From the IMG/VR virus record IMGVR_UViG_3300013306_000447: a stretch of 20,000 nucleotides of DNA. One strand, written 5' to 3'. The translations under genes were made by a program, and so were the position numbers. Under the pieces are notes generated by a model. That model was given only the letters and a program-made list of their open reading frames with translations. It searched no databases and was not told the DNA's origin. Shown one piece after another: positions 15,448 through 20,000 of the stretch. Within the stretch, counting starts at the first letter, position 1. Every line of letters starts with the position of its first letter. This DNA is from an uncultured virus (IMG/VR IMGVR_UViG_3300013306_000447). Taxonomy: Duplodnaviria > Heunggongvirae > Uroviricota > Caudoviricetes.

Positions 15448-16430
15448 CTACGCACAACATCATTAGCCTCAGCGGCGGCAAAGACAGCACTGCCACCCTT
15501 CTGGTCGCCATTGCCCTAGAGGCACCCAACCTGCAGGCCGTCTTCGCGGACACCGGCAACGAGCACCAACAAACCCACGAGTACCTGAATTATCTAGAAC
15601 AAGCCACACGCACAAAAATAACCCGCGTGCACGCTGATTTCACCCAACGCATTGAAGGTAAGCGACGATTCATCGAGTCGAAATGGCGAGCGCAAGGCAT
15701 AGCAGAGGAGGTAGTGCTTGCAGCGTTAGATGTACTGCAGCCAACCGGCAACCCGTTCCTAGACCTGTGCATCTGGAAAGGCCGATTCCCTAGTCGCAAG
15801 GCCCAATTCTGCACCATGGAGCTTAAACGCGATCCTATGCTTGAACAGGTAGTCATGCCTTTGATGGATACCGGCGACATGATCCTGAGCTGGCAAGGTG
15901 TACGCGCAGAAGAATCGCTTAACAGGCGATATTTGCCCGAGTGTGACGAAGTGGGCGGCGGCCTATTTAACTACCGGCCGATCTTAAAGTGGGATATTCC
16001 AGCAGTGTTCGAGGCTCACCGCTACATGGGTATCAAACCGAATCCGCTTTATTCCCAGGGCCTGGCGCGCGTCGGCTGCATGCCTTGCATCAACTGCCGC
16101 AAGGATGAATTACGCGAAATTGCCCTGCGGTTCCCCGAAGCGATTGACCGGATCGATCGCTGGGAGCGAACCGTCCAGCAGGCCAGCAAACGCGGTGCTG
16201 CCACATTCTTTGCCGGATCTAACGCGAAACATCCGAAAGGCTCTATTTCAGGCATGACCGCCATTGAAGTCATGGAGATCGCAAGTATCCGCCAAGCCGT
16301 TGAATGGTCCAAAACAGCCCGAGGCGGCATCCAATATGACCTGATGATTGCTACTGACGCCTCTGCGTGCTCCAGCGCCTACGGGCTCTGCGAGTCGGCC
16401 TGGGAGCCAGTAACCTTGGAGGTAGCATGA
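15444..16430 (+). CDS. Phosphoadenosine phosphosulfate (PAPS) reductase family protein
   Basis: PP-loop SGGKDS, ADTGNE, GVRAEESxxR, RPILKW, NPLY, RVGCMPC. Confidence 0.88.
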   Translation: MTTHNIISLSGGKDSTATLLVAIALEAPNLQAVFADTGNEHQQTHEYLNYLEQATRTKITRVHADFTQRIEGKRRFIESKWRAQGIAEEVVLAALDVLQPTGNPFLDLCIWKGRFPSRKAQFCTMELKRDPMLEQVVMPLMDTGDMILSWQGVRAEESLNRRYLPECDEVGGGLFNYRPILKWDIPAVFEAHRYMGIKPNPLYSQGLARVGCMPCINCRKDELREIALRFPEAIDRIDRWERTVQQASKRGAATFFAGSNAKHPKGSISGMTAIEVMEIASIRQAVEWSKTARGGIQYDLMIATDASACSSAYGLCESAWEPVTLEVA

Positions 16431-16633
16431 GCGCAGCCCGTGTACTTGAGTTTGAAGACTTACAACGCGTAACCGGATACAGCCGCCGGGCAGACGTTGA
16501 AAAAGCGTTGCGCTCCCAAGGAATCCGAATTTTCAGTGGAAGAAAGGGACCCTGGACTACGGTGGATTTGATCAACCAGGCGGGCGGGCTAAAACCCGTG
16601 GATACCGAAAGCTACAGTACGGACATCGTATGA
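16427..16633 (+). CDS. DUF4224-like protein, probable excisionase/RDF
   Basis: Start at ATG 16427 (GGAGG RBS); LQRVTGYSRR...LRSQGIRIF pattern; coupled to the integrase. Confidence 0.75.
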   Translation: MSAARVLEFEDLQRVTGYSRRADVEKALRSQGIRIFSGRKGPWTTVDLINQAGGLKPVDTESYSTDIV

Positions 16634-17778
16634 AACGTGGTCGAAAGCGCCAACACAATCCAAACATCCCAGGGCACATTGACCAGGCGGCTTTGCCGCG
16701 CTCGGTGTATTTCGACCATAGAGGCGCTGGGTGCTGGTACATCCTGTATTTCAACGAGGCCGGGCGGCGACAGCGTCAGAACCTTTGCGCGGGTAACGTG
16801 ACGCTTTCAGAGCTTCACCGCCTCATCGAGGAGCGCAACGGCGTAGACCGCGACAGCCTGCAGTACCTCTGTGATGAATTCCACAAAAGCGATCAGTACA
16901 AGGGGCTCAGCCCCAAGACGCACGACGACTACGTTTACTCTCGAGACGTTCTGTTGGCGTTCCCTACCAAGCTCGGCAAGCCGCTGGGCGATTTGGCAGT
17001 GTTGAAGTTCACGCCGGCGCTGGTCCAGCGGATCATCGATAAGATCGCCCAAGAGGGCAAGCCATCGAAGGCCGCACACGCTCTGCGCTACCTGCGCCGC
17101 GTGATGCAGTGGGGGCGTAACCGTGGATTCGTGAAGGACAACCCAGCCAAGGGAATTGAGTCGCCGCAAGAACGCAAGCAGCGCAGGCTGCCAGAATCCA
17201 GCGTGATGGTGAACCTAATCAAGTTCGCCCACCAACAGGGTCAGTTGAAGCGCGGCGAGAAAGGCGCGTGCTCACCTTACCTATGGTACGTGATGGAAAT
17301 TGGGTACCTGTGCCGGCTACGAGGGATCGAGACGATAACGCTCACTGACGAGAACGAACTTGCCGAAGGCGTGCTCACTAACCGCCGCAAGGGCAGCCGG
17401 GATAATATTGTCCGTTGGACGCCTCGACTGCGCGCGGCCTGGGATGCGGCTAAGGCTGTGAGGACCAGCACTTGGGAGAGAATGAAGAAGCCAGTACCGT
17501 TCCGGCCTGGACAGCGCTTTCTGATTGTTTCAGCTAGCGGTGGACCGCTGTCGAAATCTGGCCTTGATACCGCATTTCAGCGGCTGATCAGCCAGGCAAT
17601 CGAAAAAAAGGTACTTACAGAAGAACAACGGTTCGGAATGCACGACTTTAAGCGCAAAGGTATTACCGACACTGTCGGCACTAGGGCAGACAAGCAACAG
17701 GCGTCTGGCCACAAAAACGAATCAATGCTGGACGTTTACGACTTGAGCGTGCCATTGGTTGATCCATCATCCCAATAG
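16630..17778 (+). CDS. int: Tyrosine integrase
   Basis: 382 aa; catalytic R (LCRLRGIE), K (RRKG), HDFKR, SGH, Y (VYD); NPA after the core-binding domain. Confidence 0.93.
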   Translation: MKRGRKRQHNPNIPGHIDQAALPRSVYFDHRGAGCWYILYFNEAGRRQRQNLCAGNVTLSELHRLIEERNGVDRDSLQYLCDEFHKSDQYKGLSPKTHDDYVYSRDVLLAFPTKLGKPLGDLAVLKFTPALVQRIIDKIAQEGKPSKAAHALRYLRRVMQWGRNRGFVKDNPAKGIESPQERKQRRLPESSVMVNLIKFAHQQGQLKRGEKGACSPYLWYVMEIGYLCRLRGIETITLTDENELAEGVLTNRRKGSRDNIVRWTPRLRAAWDAAKAVRTSTWERMKKPVPFRPGQRFLIVSASGGPLSKSGLDTAFQRLISQAIEKKVLTEEQRFGMHDFKRKGITDTVGTRADKQQASGHKNESMLDVYDLSVPLVDPSSQ

Positions 17779-17780
17779 GG

Positions 17781-18374
17781 TTACCCACGCGCAATCGCTT
17801 CTTGCATCCTACAAAAATGAATCGCTAATTTAAAAGATAAAAGGTAGTGCCCAATCTGGCTCAGAGAGGTCAGTTTTGTTTTTTCCTGATGAGCATCGAA
17901 GGCTTTATACGGGATCGACGTCGTTCGGTCCAGAAGCGCGACACCTTCTTCATCCATCCCCTGCCCCACAGGCAAAAAAAGCATACTCGTTATCTTTTGC
18001 TCACGAATAGCTTGAACTTTGGATTGAACGACCTGGTCATCGATCCCGCTTTTTTTCAAAACTGCGGTAAAGCCGGCCAAACCTATCACTGGGGCATAGG
18101 TAATATAAACGGGCAGTTCACGCTTATTTTCCGGAGATATATCACAGCTATTTGACAAGACCAAAACCCGGCCAGACTTGATTTCACGAGTAGCAAAGTC
18201 CATAAGCGGACTATGCCCCCAGAGATCACCCTGCAATACGTCTCCAGGAAAATCGGGAGTATAGAGATTGGTCTTGTCAGAAAAATCTCTCAGAGCTCCG
18301 GCCAAGCCAATTCTCTGTTCTTCTGTAAGGTAGTAGGGTAGAAAATCCTTGTAATCAAACCGATCAATGTTCAT
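17781..18374 (-). CDS. Hypothetical protein, possible divergent PemK/MazF-like toxin
   Basis: 197 aa; QGD...VLVLSNSCD...APV...LD...I...SL topology recalls PemK/MazF. Fold is inferred. Confidence 0.7.
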   Translation of the reverse strand: MNIDRFDYKDFLPYYLTEEQRIGLAGALRDFSDKTNLYTPDFPGDVLQGDLWGHSPLMDFATREIKSGRVLVLSNSCDISPENKRELPVYITYAPVIGLAGFTAVLKKSGIDDQVVQSKVQAIREQKITSMLFLPVGQGMDEEGVALLDRTTSIPYKAFDAHQEKTKLTSLSQIGHYLLSFKLAIHFCRMQEAIARG

Positions 18375-18383
18375 CCAAGAATA

Positions 18384-18725
18384 TTACCCTAACACCAGAT
18401 CCCAAAAATTTTCCTCGAGGACCTCAGAAAATTCAGCACCAAGCGGCTGCAACCCACCCGAAAAGCGGGTTACAAAAGCTTGGGATGCGTCTGCAAGGTA
18501 GCGATTTCCGTCAAAAGGAAGCACGTCACCCACGTTAACGCCGATCGTAGGACTCACACCGAATTCGCGGTATTTGCCTACGACCATCGTTGAAACATTC
18601 ATTCCCGCCTCGATGCTGTCCATAGCGTCTACCTTGGCTTGAGCGACCAACACGGCCGCGAGGATAAGTGCACTTGCTGCGGCACTATAGGTCGCAGGGG
18701 AGAGCTGAAGAGTGTAATTACTCAT
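18384..18725 (-). CDS. Hypothetical protein with hydrophobic N-terminus and acidic aromatic C-tail (possible antitoxin)
   Basis: Start reassigned to ATG 18725 (GGAG RBS, overlaps the upstream stop); 113 aa ending QPLGAEFSEVLEENFWDLVLG. Confidence 0.65.
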   Translation of the reverse strand: MSNYTLQLSPATYSAAASALILAAVLVAQAKVDAMDSIEAGMNVSTMVVGKYREFGVSPTIGVNVGDVLPFDGNRYLADASQAFVTRFSGGLQPLGAEFSEVLEENFWDLVLG

Positions 18726-19467
18726 AAACAGGCTCCAAATATTCCAACGCTGCCTTTGAAAAACAATCGAACACAACCTGCTTATTCGCAGAATGTAGCC
18801 GCTCGGTACGATTTGGCAATCTTTCCAAGAAAATCTGAGGGTCCTCGGCGTTGAGGGCCATAACTGAATCTACATCAAGCACTGGACCCGACAACATTCT
18901 TCCGTCAGCCAAGTTGTACTGCGCTGCAGACCCAACCTGAATGCTGTGCAAGAGATCACCCTCTCTAGACTCCATCCTGACATGAAAATTACTCCCCGTA
19001 GGAGAGCGACCACCAAGAGCCAGATCCAAATTAAAGCAGTCACTAGCTTCAAGTGGGACGCTGTCAAGAATATCCACATACTTTATAGAGCACCTGGTCA
19101 CCGACGTAACCATTTGCGTGCGCAACACTACGGCAAAAGCGGTTTGAATCGCCTCAGAAAATTTAGCCCAGCCTTGGTAAGGGAGCTTTGCAGCGACACA
19201 AAACACATGGTCTCCGAGCAAAATCCAAAAACCACCCCAGCTGATACGGCAGATTGGAGAGTGGATCAAATTAGGATCTTGGTCGCGAATTTCTTTCGGG
19301 AGAGAAATTAGCGGTAGATTTTCCATGGACTTTTCGCCCGACAGCTCACCATAAAGCATGCCTGGCCAGATCGATGCGACAGGCATATGGCTGTTGAACC
19401 GCATTTCGAACACTGCGTCAATAAGCGGCTCCTTACCCAGCTTGCTCGGCAAAGCTGCACCAGCCAT
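18718..19467 (-). CDS. TIGR04255 family protein
   Basis: Signature PLIDAVFEMRF...PYQGWAKF...RCSIKYVD...LDVD...LH...F; start reassigned to ATG 19467. Confidence 0.82.
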   Translation of the reverse strand: MAGAALPSKLGKEPLIDAVFEMRFNSHMPVASIWPGMLYGELSGEKSMENLPLISLPKEIRDQDPNLIHSPICRISWGGFWILLGDHVFCVAAKLPYQGWAKFSEAIQTAFAVVLRTQMVTSVTRCSIKYVDILDSVPLEASDCFNLDLALGGRSPTGSNFHVRMESREGDLLHSIQVGSAAQYNLADGRMLSGPVLDVDSVMALNAEDPQIFLERLPNRTERLHSANKQVVFDCFSKAALEYLEPVYE

Positions 19468-19569
19468 CTCGTAACCCACCTGCTTATGTCCTCCCATAGC
19501 GATTCCAAACCCTTCTTCAGCGAAAAGGGGTCTAAACCCGACACCCCACATGGAGGTTTTCGCGCGCGA

Positions 19570-19598
19570 ATTCTATAGCAGGCTGCCGACCGTGTCGA
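19570..19598 (-). promoter_or_regulatory. Putative sigma70 promoter of the three-gene cassette
   Basis: Minus strand TCGACA (19598-19593), 17-nt spacer, TAGAAT (19575-19570). Confidence 0.6.
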
Positions 19599-19768
19599 TC
19601 TACCCATACGCCATAGCGCGCGAACCATTTACTTAAATATGTCTGTTGCCCGAGTGTAGGAGATTGAGCGACCGAAGGCCACATCGAAATCTGCCCTCTA
19701 GATAGGAACCTTGTTCAGCCATCGTTTCCTACTGTGTAACGGCAACGTCGCTAAAATCTTGAGCACAA

Positions 19769-19837
19769 AACGACGTACAATAAACCTTTTGCTATCAGCA
19801 CATTGCAGGTTTACAGGTCATAACACCGTACAATCAA
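19769..19837 (+). repeat. Direct repeats, candidate integrase arm-type sites
   Basis: AACGACGTACAATAAA (19769-19784) and AACACCGTACAATCAA (19822-19837), 13/16 identical. Confidence 0.5.
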
Positions 19838-19866
19838 TAGCCTTAACCTATTGTTTTTTATGGCTG

Positions 19867-19921
19867 GAGCAATTGACTTGTAATCAGTAGGTCCCGGGTT
19901 CGACTCCTGGTGCCGGCACCA
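19867..19921 (+). repeat. att core: duplicated 3' part of tRNA-Thr(TGT), not an intact tRNA
   Basis: Anticodon arm ATTGA-CTTGTAA-TCAGT (TGT at 19879-19881), T arm GGTTCGACTCC, acceptor 3' strand and CCA; the 5' acceptor strand and D arm are absent. Confidence 0.9.
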
Positions 19922-19962
19922 TACAAGGTTCCATAGAAAGCTTTCAAAATCTCTGGAACCCC

Positions 19963-19993
19963 CGAAAAACCCGCCTTCTGGCGGGTTTTTTCG
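19963..19993 (+). terminator. Intrinsic terminator of the host tRNA locus
   Basis: AAAAACCCGCC-TTCT-GGCGGGTTTTTT. Confidence 0.85.
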
Positions 19994-20000
19994 TTTTGGC

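Larger units (their letters stand above)
1..19921. mobile_element. Lambda-like prophage (right part), integrated at tRNA-Thr(TGT); continues beyond the left edge
   Basis: Contiguous portal/terminase/holin/replication/cI-cro/integrase modules ending in a duplicated tRNA 3' end followed by a terminator. Confidence 0.95.

Noticed and set aside
15444..16430. Calling this gene cysH or part of a Dnd phosphorothioate system
   Set aside because: Lacks the CysH C-terminal motif, and no dndB/D/E or ssp partners are in the window.
19867..19921. Intact tRNA-Thr gene
   Set aside because: 5' acceptor strand and D arm are missing; only the att duplication is present.

Overview
Right-hand ~20 kb of a lambda-like temperate prophage, very probably from a Pseudomonas (inferred from gene families and the tRNA-Thr sequence). 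It is integrated at a tRNA-Thr(TGT) gene whose duplicated 3' part (att core) lies at 19867-19921. The minus strand carries the lytic arm: cro, cII, a TraR/DksA zinc finger, a Toprim-VapE primase/helicase, a PA0613-like late regulator, a putative origin, a late promoter with P-box-like repeats, a DUF2513-like moron, holin, a candidate cos site, small and large terminase, gpW and a lambda-type portal truncated at the window edge. The plus strand carries the S24 cI repressor and a coupled early operon (KilAC-like, PrtN-like, HD phosphohydrolase, PAPS-reductase-family, DUF4224/Xis-like, tyrosine integrase). The three most interesting observations are: (1) a candidate multi-hairpin antisense RNA between cro and cII showing GUGGU loops complementary to ACCAC sites at early-operon translation starts; (2) a lower-GC three-gene cassette (TIGR04255-like, small acidic-tailed protein, divergent PemK/MazF-like protein) between int and att, a candidate defence/toxin-antitoxin system; (3) a complete pyocin-type regulatory module inside a capsid-encoding phage. 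Family assignments come from motif recognition and memory, not database searches.
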